A stretch of DNA of 27,049 nt. It comes from a virus (Duplodnaviria > Caudoviricetes). The stretch's first letter is position 1. Each line of letters begins with the position of its first letter. Made by a program: the position numbers and the translations under genes. The stretch is from the IMG/VR virus record IMGVR_UViG_3300025132_000231, positions 1-27,049 of that record; one strand, given 5' to 3'. The notes beneath the pieces were generated by a model that saw only the letters and a list, made by a program, of their open reading frames with translations, was not told the DNA's origin and did no database searches. Below, one piece after another: positions 1-7,202 of the stretch.

Positions 1-12
1 TTTTTTTTTTTT

Positions 13-40
13 GGGTTGCGTATGCAACCCGAATTTTTTT
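13..40 (+). terminator. Possible rho-independent terminator for + strand transcription entering from left of the window
   Basis: GC-rich 7-bp stem (13-30) followed by GAA and T7 (34-40). On the minus strand the hairpins are followed by A-tracts, so they are not canonical terminators for the 109-645 gene. Confidence 0.4.
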
Positions 41-96
41 GGTGATGACTATCACCAGATAAGGCGTATTAACGCCTTATCATAAAATGTTTTTAT
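13..96. repeat. Cluster of four adjacent inverted repeats (hairpins)
   Basis: GGGTTGC-gtat-GCAACCC (13-30); TGGTGAT-gact-ATCACCA (40-57); GATAAGGCGT-atta-ACGCCTTATC (58-81); ATAAAA-tgt-TTTTAT (82-96). Read directly from the sequence. Confidence 0.9.
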
Positions 97-108
97 TATG
101 AAAAAACC

Positions 109-645
109 TTATTCAGCAATCGCTGGTATCAATTCAGATCCAGTAATAACCTTTGGTAATTTTTGGTTATGTTTTGCTAACCACTCCTGACCTTTAATAC
201 TTTTTGATTGTAAGTTCTTTAGATCTTTAACTTTACCAGATGAATAAGGAACATATTTTTCAATGTGTGTTTCGTAAAACTCAACAGTTGCTTGCCTCTT
301 GGTTTCAAGTAATTCAAGGGTATATTGCATTCTTTCAACAGACCACTCAATTTTGCTTAATTGTTGTGAGTATGTTTCTTGACCTTGAAATGATGCTTTA
401 ACACTATTAATGTTAGAACCATTAATTTCTTTGAGTTTTTGGTACTCAATAGCTTTTGCGTCCATCAATGATTTTTGATTATTGATTCTGTAATCTAATC
501 TTCTGATCTCAGAGCCAACCTCACATTTTAGATTGAACATATCATCATATTGCAACAATGCTTTATGTTGAGTAGTTAATGCTGATGTTGTATCAGTTTT
601 AACAGATGCTAGTACTTCAGTTTCTTTTTGTTCTATTGTAGTCAT
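109..645 (-). CDS. Hypothetical coiled-coil protein (178 aa, MTTIEQKETE...)
   Basis: ORF track gives 109..723, but AGGAGA lies 6 nt before the ATG at 645 and the extra N-terminal codons run through AT-only sequence. Helical, charged composition; no family recognised. Confidence 0.75.
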   Translation of the reverse strand: MTTIEQKETEVLASVKTDTTSALTTQHKALLQYDDMFNLKCEVGSEIRRLDYRINNQKSLMDAKAIEYQKLKEINGSNINSVKASFQGQETYSQQLSKIEWSVERMQYTLELLETKRQATVEFYETHIEKYVPYSSGKVKDLKNLQSKSIKGQEWLAKHNQKLPKVITGSELIPAIAE

Positions 646-660
646 TTTAGTTCTCCTATT

Positions 661-955
661 TAAGATATTATAATTTATATTATTTATATATTTTATAATA
701 TTGTTATATGGTGTTATCTCCATGATAACGCCTTGTATTTTAAAGAAACTAATAGAAAATAATATTAAAGAGCTTGGCAGTTACTGCGACCACTTGTTAT
801 TCTCTATATCGCTGGGTGGGGACCCAGCGTAATAATGTATGCATAGTCAAGTTGTCCTCTTTATTATTATTTTTACTTAGTTTCCCAGCTAGGTTCTAAA
901 GGATTTAAGAATCCTTTATGAGATAAGTGGGGGTTTGGGGGTTGTGTACCCCCAA
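661..955. other. Highly structured divergent intergenic region (origin, packaging signal or ncRNA candidate)
   Basis: AT-only hairpin 665-701; GGTGTTATC/GATAACGCC 710-732; long arms 745-778/846-884 enclosing CGCTGGGT-gggg-ACCCAGCG (810-829); TAAAGGATT-taag-AATCCTTTA (897-918); TTGGGGGT-tgtgt-ACCCCCAA (935-955). Confidence 0.7.
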
Positions 956-1004
956 CAAAATATGCAGTGTATTCAGTAAGATATTCAATGTCTCCATTTT
1001 CTTC

Positions 1005-1032
1005 TTGACATCAATATTTCTTATCTATAACT
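1005..1032 (+). promoter_or_regulatory. Possible sigma70-type promoter for terS
   Basis: Consensus TTGACA at 1005-1010 and TATAAC at 1026-1031; the 15-nt spacer is suboptimal. Confidence 0.4.
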
Positions 1033-1040
1033 AACAAGAG

Positions 1041-1454
1041 GTGCCTACGCAAGAAACGCAATTAACCGACAAAGAGAAGTCAGCAGTAGCAAAGTATGGA
1101 CTAACAACCAAGCAAGTAAGGTTGGTAGATACACTTGTAGCCACAGGATGTAGCATCAAAGAAGCATCAGTAAAGGCTGGATATTCAACGAAAGATGGGG
1201 GTAGAGTACAGGCGTCACGAACACTACGAACATCAAAGGTACAAAAGTACATGATGGATCAGTGTGCGAGAACACTAGGACTAGGAGCAGTGGTTGCGTC
1301 AAACAAACTTGTCCATTTAGCTGGTGGAGCCAAGAGTGAGTATGTACAGTTAGAAGCAAGTAGAGATATACTTGACAGGGTTGGTCTACGCACCCCCGAC
1401 AAAGTTCAGCATAGTGTCGAAGGACAACTGAAGATCAACATAGACCTAGGATAG
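1041..1454 (+). CDS. terS: Terminase small subunit
   Basis: HTH-like N-terminus (LTTKQVRLVD...IKEASVKAGYS), 'SEYVQLEASRDILDRVG' helix and C-terminal 'INIDL' strand typical of TerS; upstream of TerL; GTG start. Confidence 0.8.
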   Translation: MPTQETQLTDKEKSAVAKYGLTTKQVRLVDTLVATGCSIKEASVKAGYSTKDGGRVQASRTLRTSKVQKYMMDQCARTLGLGAVVASNKLVHLAGGAKSEYVQLEASRDILDRVGLRTPDKVQHSVEGQLKINIDLG

Positions 1455-1550
1455 TTTGAAACGCAGACAACACTGCTTAGTTCACTACGAGGGGGTGGGG
1501 GGTTAAAAACTGCTTGATTCGGTAGTGAACAGGTGTTACACAAACATTAG

Positions 1551-1727
1551 ATGTCAAAAAAGTACTTCAACATAGTTCAAATCCTGAACTGGAGTAGAGA
1601 AGAACAAGTTAAATATAAGGTTTGTTCGGTTAAAGACTGTAAAGAATGGGGAAGTTTCGGAATAAATGAGAATAATCGCTATTATTTTCTTTGTGGTAAA
1701 CATTATAAAGGGCAAAAAGCGTCTTGA
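1551..1727 (+). CDS. Small putative zinc-finger protein (58 aa; not in ORF track)
   Basis: Manual translation MSKKYFNIVQILNWSREEQVKYKVCSVKDCKEWGSFGINENNRYYFLCGKHYKGQKAS* contains C-x4-C...C-x2-H; same strand as neighbours; no strong SD. Confidence 0.65.
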   Translation: MSKKYFNIVQILNWSREEQVKYKVCSVKDCKEWGSFGINENNRYYFLCGKHYKGQKAS

Positions 1728-1789
1728 GAAAGACGAACATGAAATATTTTTAGGTTCAGACACCTACTAATCTGTCAATGAACAATTTA

Positions 1790-1824
1790 TGTGCATTGAT
1801 ATAGTTTATCCTTATAGATATATT
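1790..1824 (+). promoter_or_regulatory. Promoter with TGTGCATTGA motif overlapping the -35
   Basis: TTGATA (1796-1801), 17 nt, TATATT (1819-1824); motif shared with sites at 4382, 8155 and 20612. Confidence 0.65.
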
Positions 1825-1830
1825 AAATAA

Positions 1831-1920
1831 ACAACACTTCAAAAAGGAACTTACATAAGTTCTAGCTTGTCAGGTTATGACATGGTGTTCATCCAGCTGG
1901 ATTTTACTCTTGAAGTTTGT
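1831..1920 (+). ncRNA. Candidate cloverleaf-like structured leader or small RNA
   Basis: Closing stem ACAA-c-ACTTCAA (1831-1842) / TTGAAGT-TTGT (1910-1920) encloses GAACTT/AAGTTC (1847-1862), TGTCA/TGACA (1868-1882) and palindrome ATCCAGCTGGAT (1891-1902); begins at the predicted TSS. Confidence 0.4.
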
Positions 1921-1944
1921 AAAAATTTTTTGTAGAAAGGGTAT

Positions 1945-2169
1945 ATGGCTATGACACCATCAGAAAAGAAGCACCATGATCTCCGTAAAGAGAACAAGGT
2001 GTTAAAGAAAGAAGTTAATGAACTAAACCTACAAGTTAAATTCTTAACTGATAGATTAGAACTAAAAAATGAACAGCTGTTTGAATTAAGAACAGGAACT
2101 ATCAACAAAACAGTTGATGAGTTTATTGAATTTAAAACAAAAATAATGGAGAAACAACCAAATGCCTAA
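1945..2169 (+). CDS. Small coiled-coil hypothetical protein
   Basis: 74-aa ORF with heptad leucines (LRKENKVLKKEVNELNLQVKFL); GAAAGG SD at 1935-1940. Confidence 0.8.
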   Translation: MAMTPSEKKHHDLRKENKVLKKEVNELNLQVKFLTDRLELKNEQLFELRTGTINKTVDEFIEFKTKIMEKQPNA

Positions 2170-2272
2170 AGTTGGAAAAAAAACTTTTCCTTATACACCA
2201 GCTGGTATGAAAGCTGCTAAAAAAGCTGCTACCAAAAAGTCTGTAAAGATGAGTGCTAAAAAGAAAAAGTAA
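2162..2272 (+). CDS. Very basic 36-aa protein (not in ORF track)
   Basis: MPKVGKKTFPYTPAGMKAAKKAATKKSVKMSAKKKK*; 13 Lys, no acidic residues; exactly fills the gap between two genes. Confidence 0.75.
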   Translation: MPKVGKKTFPYTPAGMKAAKKAATKKSVKMSAKKKK

Positions 2273-2274
2273 TA

Positions 2275-2520
2275 TTGTCGGAAATAATCAGACCACCTGA
2301 CTTTGATCCGATTGATGCTGAAGTAGATATTGATAATAGAAAGCAATTTCCTTTATCATTCCAAGATAGACAAAGATTAAGAAAGATAGTTAAGAAAGTT
2401 CATCTTAAATTTTTACCAGAGGAGTTATTAACTAATAAAGAAGCTGATAAAATGATAGAAGCATTAGGACCAAGTGTTAGGGAGAAGTTACTGATTGAGC
2501 ATATTGCAAAAGTCAAGTAA
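2275..2520 (+). CDS. Hypothetical protein upstream of TerL
   Basis: 81-aa ORF, TTG start; stop overlaps TerL start (TAATG). Confidence 0.75.
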   Translation: MSEIIRPPDFDPIDAEVDIDNRKQFPLSFQDRQRLRKIVKKVHLKFLPEELLTNKEADKMIEALGPSVREKLLIEHIAKVK

Positions 2521-4034
2521 TGGAATTTAATTATAAACCCGATGGACAAACACTTAGAGGCTTTCTTAAATCAAACGATTTCTTTAGAGGACTTCGAGGA
2601 CCAGTTGGTAGCGGTAAGTCAGTTGCTTGCTGTATTGAAATATTTAGAAGGTCACTTCAGCAGTCTAAAGGTAGTGATGGAAGACGAAAGTCTCGTTGGG
2701 CTGTTATCAGAAACACGAACCCTCAATTAAAAACTACAACAATTAAAACATGGCTGGATTGGTTTCCAGAAAATACCTTCGGACCTTTTAGATGGTCAAT
2801 TCCCTATACACATCAGATAACTATTGGCGATGCAGACTTAGAAGTTATATTTCTTGCATTAGATAGACCAGAAGATGTCAAAAAACTTTTATCATTAGAA
2901 CTAACTGGTGTTTGGGTTAATGAAGCAAGAGAATTACCTAAGTCAATCATTGATGCTTGTACTATGCGTGTAGGCAGATTCCCTTCCATGCGTGATGGTG
3001 GTGCATCATGGTATGGTGTTATAGCAGATACCAACGCACCTGAAGAAGATCATTGGTGGGCAGTCATGGCTGGTGATGTACCAGTGCCTGACCATATTGG
3101 TAGAGAAGAAGCCTTGATGTTAGTTAAGCCTGATAACTGGAGTTTTCATACACAACCCCCAGCATTGTTAGAAACTAAAGATGATAAGGGTGAACTAACA
3201 GGATATAATAGAAATCCTTTATGCGAAAATAAAAAATACATTACAGATGCTTATTATGAGAACATAGTTAAAGGAAAAACTAAAGGGTGGATTGATGTTT
3301 ATGTAATGAATAAACTAGGATCATTAGAAGAAGGCAAGCCTGTCTATCCTAGTTGGAGTGAAGATATACATCTTAGTACAGAAGTAATTACTCCTTTTCC
3401 TACAGATGTTTTTATTGGTATTGATTTTGGATTAACACCAGCAGCAGTCTTTGGACAGAAACTATCAAGTGGAAGATGGGTAATCTTACAAGAACTTGTA
3501 TGTTTTGATATGGGTATAGTTAGATTTACTGAATTATTGAAACATGAAATAGCTAAAACATATAAAGGATTATCAATAGACATCTATGGTGATCCAGCTG
3601 GAGACTTTAGAGTGCAGACAGATGAAGCAACACCCTTTCAAATTATGAGATCACAAGGAGTTAAGGCTAGACCAGCTCCAAGTAATGACGTTTCTCTGCG
3701 TATAGAGGCAGTAGAAACAGCTTTAAGTAGATTAGTAGAGGGTAAGTCTGGTTTTTTATTAAATAATAGTTGTGTGAACCTTAAAAAAGGTTTTAATGGT
3801 GGCTACCATTATAGAAGAATACAAACATCTGGAGATCGTTATGATGAAAAGCCTAATAAAAACAAATACTCCCATGTACACGATGCGTTGCAGTATATGT
3901 TAATGGGTGCTGGAGAAGGTAAACAGCTAACAGTAGGAATATCAACACCTAGTGCTGTAGTTAAAACTAGGGGTTGGAATATCTTTGACAAGAAGAAAAA
4001 GAAATCAGTATGGCAAAACAGAACAAATTTTTAG
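2520..4034 (+). CDS. terL: Terminase large subunit
   Basis: Walker A GPVGSGKS, Walker B-like GVWVNE, motif III-like DTN, RNase H-like nuclease motifs GIDFG and HVHDALQY. Confidence 0.95.
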   Translation: MEFNYKPDGQTLRGFLKSNDFFRGLRGPVGSGKSVACCIEIFRRSLQQSKGSDGRRKSRWAVIRNTNPQLKTTTIKTWLDWFPENTFGPFRWSIPYTHQITIGDADLEVIFLALDRPEDVKKLLSLELTGVWVNEARELPKSIIDACTMRVGRFPSMRDGGASWYGVIADTNAPEEDHWWAVMAGDVPVPDHIGREEALMLVKPDNWSFHTQPPALLETKDDKGELTGYNRNPLCENKKYITDAYYENIVKGKTKGWIDVYVMNKLGSLEEGKPVYPSWSEDIHLSTEVITPFPTDVFIGIDFGLTPAAVFGQKLSSGRWVILQELVCFDMGIVRFTELLKHEIAKTYKGLSIDIYGDPAGDFRVQTDEATPFQIMRSQGVKARPAPSNDVSLRIEAVETALSRLVEGKSGFLLNNSCVNLKKGFNGGYHYRRIQTSGDRYDEKPNKNKYSHVHDALQYMLMGAGEGKQLTVGISTPSAVVKTRGWNIFDKKKKKSVWQNRTNF

Positions 4035-4423
4035 TTTATTTCTTTGAAAATGAAGATGGTCATAAACATACTAAGAAATTTAGAAAAGGATTTAAACACT
4101 GTGGGTGTATTAGTTATGATCCAACAACTAAGCATTGGCTAATTATAGAATATATATTTGGTCAAGTATTAGTAGAAACAATTACAGATAAAACAGCAGA
4201 AGCCTTTTTTAGAATGATTAGAATGAGAAACGGAGTAGTTTTAGATGGTCAAATGGAACATAAAAAGACTGGGTTTCCTAGCTTTATGGGGTCATGGATT
4301 AAAGAACATAGTTGTGTGAGTTATGTTCAACGATTAATAGGTTATAATAAATGGTGGATCTTTACACCCTATCAATTATATTGTGCGTTGAAAAAAGAAG
4401 GATATTCTGAGATAGATTTATAA
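4010..4423 (+). CDS. Hypothetical protein, possible permuted papain-like (NlpC/P60-related) enzyme
   Basis: FKHCG (His first), later SCVSYVQRLIG (Cys at helix start) and C-terminal TPYQLY, the order seen in permuted papain-fold families. Inference from motifs. Confidence 0.55.
   Translation: MAKQNKFLVYFFENEDGHKHTKKFRKGFKHCGCISYDPTTKHWLIIEYIFGQVLVETITDKTAEAFFRMIRMRNGVVLDGQMEHKKTGFPSFMGSWIKEHSCVSYVQRLIGYNKWWIFTPYQLYCALKKEGYSEIDL
4382..4391 (+). promoter_or_regulatory. TGTGCGTTGA motif upstream of the portal module
   Basis: 12-mer TTGTGCGTTGAA identical to 8154-8165; about 38 nt before the 4429 ATG. Confidence 0.5.
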
Positions 4424-4428
4424 ACCTC

Positions 4429-4653
4429 ATGGGAAATTTATTCGGTTCAACAAGATATAGAGAAACAGAAGCAGACAAAGCTCTGCGTGAAGATATTGAA
4501 AGAAAACGTAAAAAAGAAGAAGAAGAAAAACTTAGACTAGAAAAACAAGAAAAAAGAAAAAAGAAAAGAATGGGTAAAGGTTTATTAGGAAATAGAAGTT
4601 TATTTTCTAGTGCTGGACAACAAGGATATTTTAGAGATGGAGAAGAAATTTGA
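4429..4653 (+). CDS. Small charged virion-associated protein
   Basis: 74 aa, K/E/R-rich helix then GNRSLFS; occupies the pre-portal position typical of small podovirus virion proteins. Confidence 0.75.
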   Translation: MGNLFGSTRYRETEADKALREDIERKRKKEEEEKLRLEKQEKRKKKRMGKGLLGNRSLFSSAGQQGYFRDGEEI

Positions 4654-5396
4654 GTAGTAATACACCATCGTCATCAAAAAAGGGAATGTCTAATAAATCT
4701 GCTAAATCAAATGCAGTAGTACAAGGCATAAAAGCAGATCAATATGCTAAAAATAAATTAGGAATAACTGGACCTAATGTTAGTTATGAAGCTGGGCAAG
4801 TAGTAACAAGAGGTTTTACATCTTCAACAGTTCCTAGTCAAATGTATGGTGCAGACTATCAAGCAGCAAGAAATGAATATTTAGCTAGTCAAGGTTTAGG
4901 AACTGTCAGAGCTGATGGTGGTTTTATGGCTGGAGTACAAACAGATAAAGGATTAACATTTACAAATGCAACTAGAGGTGCATATGAAGCATCTAAAAGA
5001 GAACCAATGCCTTTATCTAGACAAATGTATGATTCACAACAAAGATTTAAACAAATAGCTGGTGCTATTGCTACAGGATTTACTGGTATGCCTTCATTTT
5101 ATACTGCTGCATATATGTCTAGTAGGAAACCATATGCTGACTATATTGGTGAATTTTTAAATAAAAATAATCAAAGCACTAACAGAGGTGTAACAACTAA
5201 TCAAAATAATAATAAAACTAAAACTGTTACTATAAAAGATACTCCCAAATTAGCAAGCGATCAAGATGCTGCTGCAAGAGGAGATAAAAAAGCATTAGCT
5301 AGAATACAAAAACTAGCAGCAAGTCAAACTGGTGGTAGTCCTAACAGAAAATTTTTAGTATCTTCAGCTAAAACATTTTTAGGTTCAATGAAATAA
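4650..5396 (+). CDS. Hypothetical protein (248 aa), probably virion-associated
   Basis: Long ORF, TTG start overlapping the upstream stop; stop overlaps portal ATG. Start could also be ATG 4686. Confidence 0.75.
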   Translation: MSSNTPSSSKKGMSNKSAKSNAVVQGIKADQYAKNKLGITGPNVSYEAGQVVTRGFTSSTVPSQMYGADYQAARNEYLASQGLGTVRADGGFMAGVQTDKGLTFTNATRGAYEASKREPMPLSRQMYDSQQRFKQIAGAIATGFTGMPSFYTAAYMSSRKPYADYIGEFLNKNNQSTNRGVTTNQNNNKTKTVTIKDTPKLASDQDAAARGDKKALARIQKLAASQTGGSPNRKFLVSSAKTFLGSMK

Positions 5397-6994
5397 TGCC
5401 TTATTTACCAACAGCAGAAGATGATACTCCTTATAGTGGAAACGATCCAAGAGTAGCTTCTTTTATTAAAAAATTTAAAGATGCTGAATATATATTTGAT
5501 AATTGGAAAGATAAGTATGAAGAAGCATATGAATATACTATGCCTCAAAGAGAATCTTTTTATGACGAAACTATAGGCGAAAGAAGAACAGATAAAATAT
5601 TTGATGAAACAGCTGTAGTAGGTATACAAGAATTTGCATCAAGACTACAAGCTGGAATGGTTCCAACATATGGTCGTTGGGCAAACTTTGAAGCTGGTTC
5701 TGAAATACCAGATGATGCAATACCACAAGTTAATGAACAGTTAGATGCTATTACTGAATATGTATTTGAAATATTAGGTGGATCTAACTTTAATCAAGAA
5801 GTACATGAAGCATTCATGGACTTAGCTATTGGAACTTCTGTTCTGTTAGTAGAAGAAGGAGATAGTCTTAATCCTATAAACTTTCAAGCTATACCTTTAC
5901 CAAGAGTTATGCTTAACAATGGACCTGATAATAAAATAGATACAGTCTTTAGAACTAGATATATTAATTATAATCAGATTAAAACAGCATATCCTAAAGC
6001 AGAAATGTCTCCTGAAATGATGAAGAAGATTTCTGATGATGGGCATAGTAAAGCTAAAATAGTTGAAGGTGTTTTTAAATTATACGATAAGCCTAATGAA
6101 GAAAGATTTAAGTACTGTGTAGTTTGTATGAGTATGCAAGAAATGATTTTTGAAAAAGAATTAAAAGGTATTGGTTCAAATCCTTATATTGCGTTTAGAT
6201 GGAACAAAGCATCAGGAGAAGTTTATGGTCGTGGTCCAGTATTTAATGCAATGGCTGCAATTAAAACTACAAACTTAACAGTAGAACTCATCTTACAAAA
6301 TGCTCAAATGAGTATATCTGGTATCTATACTTTTGAAGATGATGGAGTAATAAACCCAGAAAATATTGCACTACAGCCCGGTAGTCTAATCCCTGTAGCA
6401 CCAAACAGCAGAGGATTACAAGCACTACCAGCAGCTGGTAGATTTGATGTAGCTCAATTAATCTTAGGAGATATGAGAGCAAATATTAAAAAGGCTTTAT
6501 ACATGGAAACATTAGGTAGACCTGAAGGTACACCAATGTCAGCTACTGAAGTAGCAGAAAGAATGTCTGATCTATCACGACAAATAGGATCATCATTCGG
6601 AAGATTACAATCAGAGTTTGTAACACCCTTACTAAGAAGGGTAATTAGAATATTAACTAAACAAGGTAAGATAAAAATACCTACAGTTAATGATAGAGAA
6701 GTGAAAGTAGTATCTACATCACCTCTTTCTAAAGCACAACATCAACAAGATATAGCTGATGTTATGAGATTTTCAGAAATACTTGGAACTACATTCGGGC
6801 CAGAAATGTTAAACATGGTAGTAAAACAAGACGAAATAGCTAGGTATTTAGTAGATAAAATGAATTTACCTGAAAAATTAATACGAACAACAGAAGAGCA
6901 ACAAGAGGTTGTTCAACAGTTGCAATCGCAACAACAACAAGCTAATATGCAACCTAATGAGTTGGAAAGACCTACAGAACAAGAAATCCAATAA
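5396..6994 (+). CDS. Portal (head-to-tail connector), T7 gp8-like
   Basis: 532 aa; motifs DETA...LQAG, SNF.QE..EAF.DL..GT, RW....GEVYGRGP, SATEV.ER and G..FGRLQSEF..PL typical of the head-tail connector family. Confidence 0.95.
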   Translation: MPYLPTAEDDTPYSGNDPRVASFIKKFKDAEYIFDNWKDKYEEAYEYTMPQRESFYDETIGERRTDKIFDETAVVGIQEFASRLQAGMVPTYGRWANFEAGSEIPDDAIPQVNEQLDAITEYVFEILGGSNFNQEVHEAFMDLAIGTSVLLVEEGDSLNPINFQAIPLPRVMLNNGPDNKIDTVFRTRYINYNQIKTAYPKAEMSPEMMKKISDDGHSKAKIVEGVFKLYDKPNEERFKYCVVCMSMQEMIFEKELKGIGSNPYIAFRWNKASGEVYGRGPVFNAMAAIKTTNLTVELILQNAQMSISGIYTFEDDGVINPENIALQPGSLIPVAPNSRGLQALPAAGRFDVAQLILGDMRANIKKALYMETLGRPEGTPMSATEVAERMSDLSRQIGSSFGRLQSEFVTPLLRRVIRILTKQGKIKIPTVNDREVKVVSTSPLSKAQHQQDIADVMRFSEILGTTFGPEMLNMVVKQDEIARYLVDKMNLPEKLIRTTEEQQEVVQQLQSQQQQANMQPNELERPTEQEIQ

Positions 6995-7202
6995 ACCTGA
7001 ATCTACAGAAATAGATCAGATATTTACTTCAGTCTTTAATCAAGTTAATGGTAAAAAAGTAATTGAGTATTTAGAATCTATAACTATAAATAGTATATGT
7101 ACTCCACAAGCCACTGATTCAACATTATGGCATTTGGAAGGACAGAGATATTTATTACACATTATTAAAAATAAAATAAAACGAGGTGCAAACAATGAGT
7201 GA
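6957..7202 (+). CDS. Bbp19-like small protein between portal and scaffold (81 aa)
   Basis: F...NGKKVIEYL...LWHLEGQR..L..I pattern and conserved position; start reassigned to ATG 6957 (MSWKDL) rather than the track's 6909. Confidence 0.7.
   Translation: MSWKDLQNKKSNKPESTEIDQIFTSVFNQVNGKKVIEYLESITINSICTPQATDSTLWHLEGQRYLLHIIKNKIKRGANNE

Noticed and set aside
1-12. T12 homopolymer as a biological signal
   Set aside because: Lies at the window edge; its length and context cannot be judged and it may be a sequencing or assembly artefact.
646-723. N-terminal extension of the minus-strand ORF (track start 723)
   Set aside because: Runs through AT-only palindromic sequence giving an N/I/Y low-complexity peptide; a clear AGGAGA SD supports ATG 645.
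745-884. Retron msr-msd, suggested by long terminal inverted arms
   Set aside because: No reverse transcriptase adjacent; neighbours are TerS and a coiled-coil protein.
1831-1920. Canonical tRNA gene
   Set aside because: No TTCRA T-loop, no 7-nt anticodon loop and no CCA end; kept only as a structured-RNA candidate.
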